NCBI GenBank assembly: GCA_028534125.1
Contig: CM052817.1
Span: 186,001 to 248,000 of the forward strand
Direction: 5' to 3'
DNA length: 62,000 nucleotides
From: Lama glama
Taxonomy: Eukaryota
Below, piece by piece: positions 1-12,100 of this stretch (positions within the stretch are counted from its first letter, which is position 1; each line of letters starts with the position of its first letter). The notes under the pieces are model-generated. The model worked only from the letters and a program-made list of their open reading frames with translations. It made no database searches and had not been told where the DNA came from. Made by a program: the position numbers and the translations under genes.

Positions 1-526
1 TCCTCTGGTGAGTCTGCTGTCTTCTTTGAAGGCCAAGAGTAATGTGACTTCCTGCAAGCCTTCCTCCAGGCATTCCTGCGGACACGGTGGTGTCTGCTGG
101 TGTGACACATCTGTCCCTGCCGTGCTTCCACAGCAGGGAGCACGGTCCATGGGGCGACGCACGTGTCCCAGCCCCCAGAGACTTCCAGAGCAGGGTTCCA
201 GCCTTTGTCGGTCCTGCCCCGAGGCCAGCACACACTGCCACAGTGAATAAGTAATTCTTGGATTTACTTGAAAGCGCTATGTTAATAAGACAAAGCTAAT
301 CTTGTTGGGTTATATTGCACACAATGGCAAACGGTAAGCGGGTTTTAAGATAAGCTGTGTAAAGTGATGAGAGTTCTGATTCTACAGTCAGAACAGATTC
401 ATGATTTCGGAAAAGTCAGCATCCTCATACTTGGTGGGATTAGTACACGTCTCAGGGAGCCTCCGGGAGCGGCCCCGCCGGACCCCTATGCGGCCTCTGC
501 CCAGCTGTGTGTCCTTTCTCTTAAAG

Positions 527-664
527 GTGAGCATCTGTCTGGAATGCAATAGCAGCAAACTGCGGGGCTTGAAACGGAAATGGATCCGCTGTTCAGCCCA
601 GGCAACGGTCCTGCATCTAAAGAAGTTCATCGCCAAAAAACTTAACCTTTCATCTTTCAATGAG
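527..664 (+). CDS. PCGF3: Polycomb group RING finger 3, internal coding exon (RAWUL domain region)
   Basis: Acceptor ttaaag|GTG, donor GAG|gtaata; 138 nt, phase 0-0; encodes VSICLECNSSKLRGLKRKWIRCSAQATVLHLKKFIAKKLNLSSFNE, recognised as PCGF3. Confidence 0.96.
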
Positions 665-1129
665 GTAATAGTTGCACCATAGATAGAAACTGTGACAAGT
701 CATTTTTTATTCATAAAAGTGGTACTTCTGAAGTTCTTTGGGTTTGTTTATTTGTTTACAACTTTTTTGGAGACTTTCAATCAGGAAAAAAAATCTCCAT
801 TTGTTTTGCCTGCCCACAGAGAGTGTGAGCGTAAACAGCAGTGAAGGTTAGGGAGCCGCCCCGAAGGGAAGCGGGGATGTCGTGGGGCGGCAGCGGGATG
901 TGCTAAAGGTTCTCATCACAGAGCAGTTCTGTTCTTTAATCCCACAGGCAGATGGATGGAGTGGGGGAATAGATCGAGGGGGTGGATGGAGAAGACAGTC
1001 CCGAGTTGGGGTGAATGCTGAGAATGAAATAAAGCCTGTGTCCCAGGGGTGCACAGCAGAGGGTGGGCGCATTAGGAGTCCCTGGGGAGCCCTCCGGAGC
1101 GTGTCACACTTACGCTCAGGTGTAAGTTG

Positions 1130-1355
1130 TCAGAGGAGCTGGCCATGCATAAGCAAGTGTAAGAGAGGGCTTTGTGGGGCCTTAAGCAGGGGATTCATGA
1201 TGTAAAACAGTCCTCTGGCTGTGAGGACAGTGGATTGTTGGGGTTCAGAGGTGGAAGCAGGAGGGGCTAGCTGGGCCAAAGCCCCAGGAGAGATGGACCA
1301 GGGCAGTGCAGTGAGGATGCAGAGAAGGGACGGCTTTTGAGATGTGTTTTAGAGA
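1130..1355 (-). mobile_element. Degraded L2 (LINE2) fragment
   Basis: Resembles L2 sequence (e.g. gatgcagagaagggacggcttttgagatgtgttttagag); family call from memory, boundaries approximate. Confidence 0.45.
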
Positions 1356-1359
1356 AGAA

Positions 1360-1777
1360 TGTGTTGGATTGTAGCCCCAAAGAGACGTGTCCACACCCTA
1401 ACTCCCACTGCCTGTGAATGTGATCTTTCTCTGGAAACAGGATCTTTTCAGCTGTAATTAAGTTACGGATCTGGAGCTGAAGTAACCCTGGGTAATCTGG
1501 GTTGGCCCTATACCCAGTGACATATGCCCTTACGAGAGTGAGGCAGAGGGAAATTTGAGACACTCGTATGGAGGAGAAGATGGGTGAGGACAGAGATGAG
1601 ATGGGAAGCATGTAGTCACAGGCCAAGGGACGCCTGGAGCCCCCAGAGTGAGCACAGCCCTGCTGGCACCTTGATTTTGAACTTCTGTCCTCCAGACTGC
1701 AAGAAAGTAAGCACCTGTTGTTTTAAGCCACCAGGTTTGTGGTACGTTGTCATACCTGCCACAGGAAACCAAAACCA
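1360..1777 (+). mobile_element. MaLR (MLT1-type) 5' LTR
   Basis: Typical MLT1 motifs: tgtgaatgtgatc...ggccctatacccagtgac...gcaccttgattttgaacttctgtcctccagactg...gttttaagccaccaggtttgtggtac; TG...CA termini. Confidence 0.85.
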
Positions 1778-3184
1778 GTCTTGGTGCTAGGACGTGGGTG
1801 CCGCTCCAGCAAACACCTAGACCTGTGAAAGCGCCTTTGGAATTGTGTAAGAGGTAGAGGCTGGAAGGACTTTGAGAAACACCATTTTTAAAGGATCTAA
1901 TTGCCTTGAAGAGACTGTCGATATAAATATGATCTTTAAAGATGACTCTGGTGAGAATCCAGAAGGAATTGAGCAAGGTGGAGAAAGCGTCTATCATCGT
2001 TGAAGGTATATGTTGCACAGAGACAGGTACCTTCTGTCAGAGACAGGGGCTCAAGGATGCTACTGACTGGGGCTCAGAAGGGGAAAGGAGCGTAGTGTTG
2101 GAAGTGGGAGGAAAACTGGCTATGACTCAGCGGCAGGAAGCACGGCTGAATTGTGCTCCACAGTGGTGTGCAGAGCAGAGCTTGGAAGGGATGAACTTGG
2201 GTATTTCGCTAGGAGATTTCCCAGCAAAGTGTTGAAAGTGTGGTCTAGTTTCTTCTTGCTGCTTGTAATAAAATACCAGAGGAGCGAGATGAATTCAGGA
2301 AAGAACTGCTGAGCAATATGGAACTAGCACTTGATGATTTGGAAAATTCACAGCACCCACTTGCAAAAAGATGGTAATAGTAGGAGTTTCAGTGTTAGGA
2401 AAACATGCTCTGGAGAGAAGGCCAAGTGTGTGGCTGGAAACCTTTTGCTAAGGAGAGTAGTTGTTTCAACGGTGGCTCAGCCATCTCACGGGACCTAGGA
2501 CTGGAGAGGAGGTATCCAGGGAAGATCTGTGGAGGCTGTCTAATGGCCTGGATCTCTGACATACATGGGAGACCCACAGAGGTTTTGGGAAACACCACCA
2601 GCTTGGACTGAAGGGAACAGAGACAGGAAGAAATGAGAGAAGGCTGTCAGACTTCCAAAATCCTTCCTGCAGGAAATAGGCTGATAGAGCTGCTCAGCCA
2701 CAAACATGAGCTGCCCTTCAGGAAAAGGGAAGTCTGACTCCAAAGTAGAGCCTTGAGCCCAGAGGGTGAGGCCATCACAGGCCCAGAGGGCAGAACCTCG
2801 ACCCACAGTGGTGTATTCTCTTGAAAAGTCTTGAAACCTCATAGACTTTTCTGTGCTGGGTCTCAGAAGTTCATGAGACCAGTGATCCCTTTATGCCGCT
2901 GTACCTCCCTTCTGGAGCAGGAGTATCTGTCCTGTCCCATGCTTGTGTCTTTGGAAGCAGATAATCTGTGTTCTGGTCTCACAGACCCACAGCCTTGGGA
3001 GAGGGCGTGCCGAGGCTCACCCACGCCTGACCACGGCTAGAGGGGAAGGCGTAGGGCTTGAACTTCAGAGGAGGTTTGGGGATTTGGAGTTGATGCTGGA
3101 TTAAGTCTTTTGGGACGTGGGGGTGGTGTGAGTGGATTTTGCATGTGGGGCAGATGTGGGTTTTTGCAGGGCCAGAAGGTAGAC
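1778..3184 (+). mobile_element. MaLR internal region (MLT1-int), decayed
   Basis: Lies directly between two same-orientation MLT1 LTRs and ends in gggccagaaggtagac|tg, as MaLR internal regions do; no intact ORF. Confidence 0.75.
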
Positions 3185-3376
3185 TGTAGTAGGTTGAATG
3201 GTGACCCTGCCAAAAGATACGCTCATTTCTAAACCCCAGAACATGTGAGTATGACTTTATTTGAAAAAAAAGTTCTTTGCGGATGTGTAAAGAACCTTGG
3301 GGTGAAGAGACCATCCTGCATTACCCAGGTGGGCCCTAAGTCCAGTGGCAAGGGTCCTTATAAGAGAAGAGCAGGC
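3185..3376 (+). mobile_element. MaLR 3' LTR, 5' half (interrupted by L1)
   Basis: tgtagtaggttgaatggtgacc...aaaccccagaacatgtgagtatgactttatttg...ggtgggccctaagtccagtggcaagggtccttataagag, paralleling the 5' LTR. Confidence 0.8.
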
Positions 3377-6300
3377 AAAATTGTCTCAATAGATTTAAAA
3401 AGATAGACATCATACCAAGTATCTTCTTGGACCCAGTGGCAAAAAGTTAGAAATCAATGACAAGAGGAAAACAGGAAAATCTACAAAACTGTGGAAAGAG
3501 AACAGCACACTTTTAAACAATCAGTGGACCAAGAAGAAATCCAGGAGAGATGAGAAAACACTCAGAAGCAAATGAAAACAGAAACACAGTGTAGCAGAAC
3601 TAATGGGTGCAGTGAGAGCAGTGCCGAAGGGGAGGTTTATAGCCATCGACGCACTGAACACAAGGACGATCTCAGATCAACCCTTAGTTTACAACTTAAG
3701 GCACTAGAGAAAGAAAAATGCACTGAACCCAAAGCTAACAGAAGACAGAATGATAAAGATTGGAGGTGGGGAGGGCGTGGCTCAGTGGTGGAGCGTGTGC
3801 CTGGTGTGAACACAGTCCCTGGGCCTCCGTTATAAGCAAATAAATAAATCGAATTACCTCCCTCCCCCCCCAAATTAGAGCAAAGATAAAATAGAGATGA
3901 GAAAATCAATGGTTCCGCCAAAAGTTCAGAAATACTGACAGACTTTGAGCTAGATGGATGAAGAAAGAGAGAAGACTCAGATTACTAAAATTGGAAATGA
4001 AAGTAGGGACATTACTACTGATTCTACAGAACTAGATGATAGGAGCATATCATGAACAGATTTACATCAACAGATTGGATAACCTGGATGAAATGGACAA
4101 ATGCCTAGAAACACAAAAACTGCCCAGAGTAAATCTCAAAGATACAGAAAATCCGAACAGACCTGCACCTAGTAATGAGATTGGATCAGTATCCAGAAAC
4201 CTCCCAGCAGAGGACGAGTGCTACCAAGCTTCCAAAGGAGAGTGGACACCAGGCCTTCTCAGACTTCTTCAGAGACCTGAAGAGGAGGGGACGCTTCCTA
4301 GTTCATTCCATGTGGCAGCATTACCCAGACACCAAAGTCAGACAGTGACACTGCAGGAAAACAACAGACCAGTATCCCTTATGAACAGTGATGCAGAGGT
4401 CCTCAACAGAACACTAGCAAGCAGAATCCAGCACGTTGCAAGGGTTCACACACCATGACCAAGTGCGGTTTATTCCTGGAATGCACAGATGGTTCAGCAC
4501 AGGAAAAATGGACCACTGTAGTATGCCTCATCACAGGGTGGAGGAAAACCCAAGCAAGCATTTGACAGAAAAACAAGCATTTGGCGAAATTTAGTTCCTT
4601 TCATGGTAAACACACTCAACAAACCAGAAATAGTAGCCATATATGAAAGTAAAACCCGTATCTGAGAAACCCATTATGAACATCGTACTCAGTGGTGAAA
4701 AGCTGAAAGCGGCTTCTCTAAGACCAGGAACAAGGCAAGGACACCCGCCTTCACCCTTTCGAGTCACCACGATCCTGGAAGCTCCAGCCAGCAAAATTAG
4801 ACGAGAAAAAGAAAGAAAACACACCCACTGGAAAAGAAGAACGTAGAAAATTACCTCTATTTGTAGATGATATGATTTTATATGTAGGTTCCACACAAAA
4901 AAGAACCTGTCAGAACTAATCAATAAATTCAGTAAGGTAGCAGAGTACAAATTCAACAGAAAAATCAGATGCATTTTTGTACACACGCAGTGAACAATAT
5001 GAAAAGAAAATTGCAAAAATAATTTTATTTATAATAGCGTCAAGAAGAATAAAATACTTAGGGATTAACCAAGAAGGTGAAAGACTCACACAATGAAAAT
5101 TACAAAAATTGCTGAAAGAAATTAAAGACACAAGTCAATGGAAATACACCCCACGGTCATAGACTGGAAGACTTGGTATTGTTAAAATGTCAGTGTTACC
5201 CAAGTGATCTACAGATTTGGTGCAATTCCTGTCAAAATCCCAAAGATACTTCTTGCAGAAATAGAAAAATCCATCCTAAATTTTTCATGGAATCTCAAGG
5301 GACCCAAATAACCAAAACAGTCCTGAAAGAGAACAGACTGGAGGACTCACACTTCCTGCTTTCAGAACTTACGGCACAGCCGCCGTAACCAAAACCATGT
5401 GGTGCTGGCAGATAGACAAGACAGACGGACACCCAGACCAGTGGAGGAGAACACAGAGCCCAGAAACAAGCCCTCCGCGCGGCCAGCTGCTTATTGACGA
5501 GGGTCCCGAGATCCTTCAGCGGGGAAAGAACGGTCTTCTCAGCAGGTGGAGCTGGGAAAACTGGGTGTTTACATGAAAAAGAGTGAAGTTTGACTCTTAC
5601 CTAACACGAGAGACAAAGCTTAACCCAGAATGTATGAGGGACACGGGCCAAAACCTTGCGACACTGGGTTTGGCGATGATTGCTAGAACACCAAAGGCAG
5701 GGGCAACAAAACTAAAAATAGACAAATTGTACTTCCCTAAAATTGCAGAAAGGATTGTACAGGGTGGGAGAGAGTGTCTCCAAGCCATGTATCACATAGG
5801 TACTACTGTCCAGAATATACGGAGAATTCCTAAAACTCAACACACACACAGAAAAACCAAACAGCTCAGTTAAAACATAAGCAAAGGGCTTGAATAGACG
5901 TTTCTCCAAAGAAGGCACACGTCCAGCAGGCACAGGGAAGATGCTCAGCATCCACGGCCACAAGGCAGATGCAAGCAAAACGGGTCACGGGCCCCCCGCA
6001 CGCCCAGGGTCTGGCTACTTCGTGAGAAGTGAGGGTGTGCGAAGCTGGAACCCCCGTGCACTGCTGACAGACGTGAAATGGTGCCGTCACTGTGGAAAAC
6101 AAAAATCAACTACCATAAAATCCAGTGACTCCACTTCGGGGTAATACCCAAAAGAATTGAAAGCAGGATCTCGGGGAGACCCTGGTACCCCCCACATTCA
6201 CAGCAGCACTGTTCACGGTAGACAGAAGGTGGAAGCAGCCCAGGTGTCCATCGGTGGACGGCGGATAAGCACAATGGGGTGTGTGTATATCCACGTGGCA

Positions 6301-6660
6301 GAGTGTGACTCAGCCTTCAACAGGATGGGAATTCTGACACTGGCTACAACCTGATGAAACTTGAGGACTTCCTGCTCAGTGGAGCAAGCTGATCCCAAAA
6401 GGGCACGTGCTGTGTGACTCCACTTGTGTGAGGTCCCTGGAGTCCTCAGAGTCACAGAGACAGAAATGGAATGGGATGTCTGGCTGAGGGAGGGGTGGGA
6501 AGTTACTGATTAACGGGGACAGAGATCCACAAGATGAAGAGTCTGTAGGTGTGGGTGTGGATACACTTTATGAATGTGTTTAATCTCCTGAGCTGTGCCC
6601 TTAAATGGTTAAGATGGCAAATTTTATGTGTATTTTACCACAACTTTTTAACACTAAAAA
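3377..6660 (+). mobile_element. 5'-truncated old L1 (L1MB-like): decayed ORF2 and 3' end
   Basis: ORF fragments resemble L1 ORF2 (LDNLDEMDKCLE; RPVSLMNSDAEVLNRTLASRIQ; KLKAASLRPGTRQGHPPSP); 3' end aaatggttaagatggcaaattttatgtgtattttaccacaac; many frameshifts. Confidence 0.92.
3768..3873 (+). mobile_element. tRNA-derived SINE (camelid Vic-1-like) inserted in the L1
   Basis: Head ggggagggcgtggctcagtggtggagcg (A-box-like), tail aaataaataaatcgaattacctccctccccccc; degenerate TSD aagattggag / aaattagag. Confidence 0.75.
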
Positions 6661-6674
6661 GGAATGAACTATCG

Positions 6675-6899
6675 ATACACACAGAAGAGGGTGGAGGGAG
6701 TCTCGAGGCACGGAGTGGACGGCCACCTGAAGACAGAGGCAGAGGCAGAGGTTGGAGGGAGGAAGCAGCGAGCCAGGAGCCTGGAGCCTCGGAGAGTGCG
6801 TGCCTGCTGCTCTGGGACTGGACCTGACACGCCGCCTCTCTTGTTTTATGTCCGCAGTTGTGGTGTTTCCGTTGACAGCCACAGGAGACACAGATTCCA
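6675..6899 (+). mobile_element. MaLR 3' LTR, 3' half
   Basis: gacggccacctgaagacagaggcagag...ttgttttatgtccgcagttgtggtg...cagccacaggagacacagattcca matches the second half of the 1360-1777 LTR. Confidence 0.7.
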
Positions 6900-6934
6900 G
6901 ACCCTTCTCCCCTGCCTTGAGGGAGAGGTTTAAA

Positions 6935-8305
6935 AGGCCATCTGGGTCATCACTTGTCATCAGGGAAATGCAAATTAGAGCAACAGCGAGGCCCCATGCC
7001 ACACCTGTCAGCACAGCTGAATCTGGACACTGACGTCCCCAGCACCGGAGGACGTAGAGCAACAGGCGTGCTCGTCACTGTGGGTGGGGACGTGAGATGG
7101 TGCAGCCACTTTGGAAGACAGTTTGGTGGTTTTTCACAAAACTAAACACGCCCTTACTATACGACCCAGCAGTCCCACTCCTTGGTGCTCAGCCAGAGGA
7201 GAAGACTTACATCCACACAAAACCCCGCACACAGATGTCTACAGCAGCTTAATCTTTCGTTGCCAGAACCTGGAAGCAGCCAAGATGCCCTCCGGCAGGT
7301 GATGGATAAATAAACTGTGGTCCCTCTGGACGCTGGAATATTATTCAGCACTAAAGAGAAATGAGCTGACACGGCATGAAAAGACACGGAGGAACCTTAA
7401 NNNNNNNNNNNNNNNNNNNNNNNNNNNNNNNNNNNNNNNNNNNNNNNNNNNNNNNNNNNNNNNNNNNNNNNNNNNNNNNNNNNNNNNNNNNNNNNNNNNN
7501 NNNNNNNNNNNNNNNNNNNNNNNNNNNNNNNNNNNNNNNNNNNNNNNNNNNNNNNNNNNNNNNNNNNNNNNNNNNNNNNNNNNNNNNNNNNNNNNNNNNN
7601 NNNNNNNNNNNNNNNNNNNNNNNNNNNNNNNNNNNNNNNNNNNNNNNNNNNNNNNNNNNNNNNNNNNNNNNNNNNNNNNNNNNNNNNNNNNNNNNNNNNN
7701 NNNNNNNNNNNNNNNNNNNNNNNNNNNNNNNNNNNNNNNNNNNNNNNNNNNNNNNNNNNNNNNNNNNNNNNNNNNNNNNNNNNNNNNNNNNNNNNNNNNN
7801 NNNNNNNNNNNNNNNNNNNNNNNNNNNNNNNNNNNNNNNNNNNNNNNNNNNNNNNNNNNNNNNNNNNNNNNNNNNNNNNNNNNNNNNNNNNNNNNNNNNN
7901 TGCACATCACCAAGGGACAGAGCCCGTCTGAAAAGGCCGCAGACGGTATGATTCCACCTGTGCGGCATCCTGGAAAAGGCAAACTGTGGCGATGGTGACA
8001 AGACCAGTGTCTGCGGGGGGTGGGGGAGGTGATCCAGCAGAGCAGGGGGTTTAGGGCAGTGAAACATTGTGCGCTGACACTGCAGTGAGGACGCCTGTCA
8101 CCGCACGTTTGTCCAAAGCCGCAGAGCGCACAGCACCGAGCATGACCCCTGACGTGAACTATGGGCTCCGGGTGATGATGACATGTCGTTGCAGGTTCAT
8201 CATCTGGGACAAGTGTGCCCTCCGTGGTGGTGTTGACGGTGGGGAGGCTGCAGGGTAGGGGCAGGAGATACGTGGAACTAAAAATAGTTTTTTAAAACAA
8301 AAAAT
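6935..8305 (+). mobile_element. Old L1 3' end (L1MC-like), spanning the assembly gap
   Basis: catcagggaaatgcaaattagagcaac (ORF2 C-terminus), gcagccactttggaagacagtttgg, gtgaactatgggctccgggtgatgatgacatgtc (L1MC-type 3'UTR). Confidence 0.85.
7401..7900. other. Assembly gap of exactly 500 N
   Basis: Seen directly in the sequence. Confidence 1.
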
Positions 8306-8589
8306 GAAAGAACTGTCTGTGGAGCCCTTTCCTAGTGAGGCAAGCGGGACAAACAGCCCGAGAGCGGACCGATGTCGGGGGCAGGGTGCTCTTTGGATGA
8401 GAGCAGCCTGGGGGCTGCAGCCCCATAAAAGGTGTGGGGCTGTCTTGTTGGGCGTGGACTGGGGCTCCTTTCCACCTGTGCTGCCCCAGAAAGGAGGGCA
8501 GGGCCCTTCGCCAACTGAAAACGTGTGACCCGACTGGCATCGCTGGTATGGACAGAGGCCCCGCTGACCGAGTCTCGTTTTTCCACCAG

Positions 8590-8670
8590 CTGGACATTCT
8601 ATGCAATGAGGAGATCCTGGGCAAGGACCACACACTCAAGTTCGTAGTCGTCACAAGGTGGAGATTCAAG
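8590..8670 (+). CDS. PCGF3: PCGF3 penultimate coding exon
   Basis: Acceptor ttccaccag|CTG, donor AAG|gtgaga; 81 nt; LDILCNEEILGKDHTLKFVVVTRWRFK. Confidence 0.96.
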
Positions 8671-9070
8671 GTGAGACCCTGCCCTGATAAGCTTTATTGG
8701 ATTTTCAGGACCCGCTCTGAATAGTGGCTGCCTTTGTATGCGTGTTTTCATTTGAGAGCTTACGAATTGTTTTGAACTCAGTCATTCTGAAATCAACAAC
8801 CCCAGACTTGCCCCGGGGAAGGCGCAGTCCGCAGGCAAGGTGACCAGGGTCCTGGGGAGGAGGGACCACTGCCATCAGAGGTACCCTCAGGCCTTTGGTG
8901 CCTCTTTCTGAAGCAGAAAGCAGATGTGTCCCCAGGGGCTGGCCGGGGTCGCTCCCACTCGCGGCCTCCAGGGAGAAGGGGGGTAGACAGCCGGGGCAGA
9001 GTGTGGGGGCGTGGGTCCTCTTCTGGTGGCCCTTGTGCCCCGTCACCCTCACCCTTGCGTCGTCTTACAG

Positions 9071-9118
9071 AAGGCGCCACTGCTGCTGCACTACAGACCC
9101 AAGATGGACCTCCTGTGA
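9071..9118 (+). CDS. PCGF3: PCGF3 last coding exon
   Basis: Acceptor cgtcttacag|AAG; KAPLLLHYRPKMDLL then TGA at 9116-9118. Confidence 0.95.
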   Translation, partial: KAPLLLHYRPKMDLL

Positions 9119-12100
9119 GCCGGGCACGGGGCCAGGCGGGACTGACACGCAGGACGTGGCCCCAGTGCCACGCGGACCAGGCTTCTGAGCAGAGTGTTTA
9201 TGACTTTCGTACGAGACCTGCCCTCGACAAGACACTACCAGCACCAGGGCTGCGGGCGCCTGGGTCCGGACCGGAGGGGCTTCCTCCTGGCTCCTTACCT
9301 TTGCTTCTTTTCAGGCCTTGAAGATCGCCGACACTTCGTTCAGTCTATGAATCAGGTTTCATGACAAGCCCCCAAAACACTTGTACGTTTATTGAACCCT
9401 TCCTAAGTTATTGAAAAAAATGTCTTTTCATGGTGAATGACAATATTTATGTTGCCTTTACCTTCCTGAAGACTTGGAAGATATATAAAAATTTCATTTA
9501 AAAGCGTACCAAAAGAGGTTTCCATGAATACATTAGCCAAGCGACTTCACAGCCCTGGGCGGGGGGGACGCAGGGGGGCCTGCCTCGCCTCCCGCACAGT
9601 CGCTGGAGGTGCTTTGAGCAGCGCGACGCCAGTTTGCAGAACAAATCTTGTTCTTAAAAACTGCTTCTGTTAAACAGGCACAAGTTGTGCAGTTTCCTGC
9701 CTCTTGCTGAAGAGGTGGACGGTGGTGGCGTGCAGGCCTCTCTGAGCCGGCGCCTCTGGTGGGCAAGGGGCTGGTGCCAATGGACAAGTTTGCAGCCGGA
9801 GCCCAGATTTGTGGACCCGGTTCCCACTATCCACCCTTGGAGGTGGGCGAGGACGGGGCGGGCAGCGGAAGCTGCTTTCTCAGTTACTTAATGACCTAGA
9901 CTCAAGGCAGCACACCCTTTGTTGACCTTTTCTCCTCCCAAATGCTAGTATTTTTGTGGAATTGGAGAATAAACTCTTTGCCAGCACATAGAGTTTTGTT
10001 CCTTTACAATTGTAACTTGGCATGTAAAGGCAGGAACGAGGGGCAGGCCTCTCCTGGGCAGTGGGAGCCCGACCCCGGCCCCATCTGTGAGTCGGCTGGC
10101 TTCCTGCGGAACTCTGGGCTCGCCGTCCTCTGTCTCCCCCAGACCCCAGGGTCTGGGCGCCTTTGTTTGGTAGGTGGTCCTGACGGTGTGGGCTGGGTTT
10201 TCTGTGATGAGTTTCACCGTAGTGACTAGACCTCTTGAATTTGCTTTGGAAGTGGTCAGTTTGTCTGTCTGCTCCCGCTTCCTGTTTCACGTGCACAAGT
10301 GCCAACCCAGGTCCTCAGTGATGAGGGAAACATCCAGACCAGCTCAGGCCTAGTGGTTTTAATATAAGGCCTTTCAAAAACATAAAGACAAGATTCTGTT
10401 CAGAATTGGGCCAAAGTCGCCTCTTTATTTCAGCCCATTCCGCCCAGTGATGTTAGAATTATTCAATTCCCTAAGCTCGCTATCCATCCAAATCACTTTT
10501 TAGAGTTACTGCAAGGGTTTAATGAGCAGATGTGTATGAGTAAATATTGCCCGTCTACCTCAGATACACACTTCTGCTGAAGCGCTCCGTAAGACCGTAA
10601 GTCGCCACAGCGCAGTTCAAGTGTGATGTTAGAATCTAGGTATTTTCCCATGTGGTGAAAGGAAGGAAGGGTAAACAGTAGGAGCCTCCAGACCCAAAAC
10701 GAATTCACAGGTCAGACTAAAATGAGCGCCGCTGTAACAATCTCACAGTGCACACTTGTACTTTGTAGCTCTCTTTGAAGCCACTTGAATTTGCTATGGT
10801 GCTAAGTTGACGTACTCACACAGAAGGTCGAGGGAGTCAGACCTCTCCTGCTGACCCCGCTTCCGTAATTGTGCTAACCTGATGAGACCTCAGCAGCAGA
10901 AGTACCTGTTTTTCTAACATTTCCTCGTGCAGACTGTCCTCACTGCCCGAGACCCCGGTGGCCATGGCCCCCAGTCTGACCGCAGCCTCGAGGGCTGGAG
11001 CGCGTGGGCCTCGCCGTCCGAGGGAAGCGCCTGCTGGGCCCTGTCACTGCTCTCACGCTTCCATTTAACGTCAAAGGCAAGAGTTTTATTTTTTCCAGCA
11101 TGAAAGCCAGGATCAGTTAGTGACTGGATCCTATTAAGTTTTTTTTTTTTTAACAGATGGAGTTACTGTGAAATCATTTTCACAACTATTTATGCTGGTG
11201 AAACACATGCCGTTCGGCTGCATAACGGCGTCCTCTTCAACGGTGGGACCTGTCACCTGTGCACAGTCTCACTAGATACAGTTTTCATGAAAATAGAAAA
11301 CACAGATAGAATATATAATATTGAATTTAAGATTTGGGGGGGTTAAGAAAAAGAAAACTTAACTTTATAAAATTATTTATTCTATTTTAAGCCTTCTATC
11401 ATATTTTCCCATCCACTTGTTTGGTTTCAGTGGTCCAGCTTTATATACAGGCATATAAAATGAAATTGTGAGATGTTTTGCAAGCTTCTTATTTTTACTT
11501 TGAGTAGCTTTTAATTTGTGTGTTTTGTTTTATGTGGATGAAGAGCATTTTCTGCTTTTGTGCAATAGGGCTCCAACACGCGTCCATAGACACACGTTTA
11601 AATTGTGATGTAGTATCTTTCTGCTGAATCGAAAGGGAATGTGGGTGGACTTTGAGAACACGCACCTCCAGCTATCTGAATTTTCCTGCTCTGTAGCTGT
11701 TACTATAATAATGCTTTACGGGGAGGGCCCCGGTATTCAAGAGGAGGTGACGTGCAGGTGGCCCGGGACGCACCACCCCTTCCCCCACAGGGGTGAGGGT
11801 GCTACTTTCCCTGGGCCTGCGGCCTTGACGCCTCCCCGTGGCATTTGAAGTCTTGGAAATTCATTAATTTTCTTCCTCAAAGCCCCCAGGATGGATTTTG
11901 CAGTGATTTTGAAAAGTGTCATTGGATTGAATGTTCTAGGAAAGAGCCAGCTTCTACTTTGTACGTAAACGTCTGATGTGCTCGCAGACGCTGAAAATAA
12001 ATGTAGTGCAGACAGAGAAATCACGAACAGTGCAGTTCGTCTGTTTCCTCAGGAAATCATTTCACTTCCCCACATCACTCGTGAACTTCCCGTGCTAAAC

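Noticed and set aside
3768..3830. tRNA-like sequence
   Set aside because: No complete cloverleaf or B box; it is the head of a SINE.
7341..8067. Long ORFs of 191-238 aa spanning the N run
   Set aside because: Artefacts of translating N as X; the flanks are L1.
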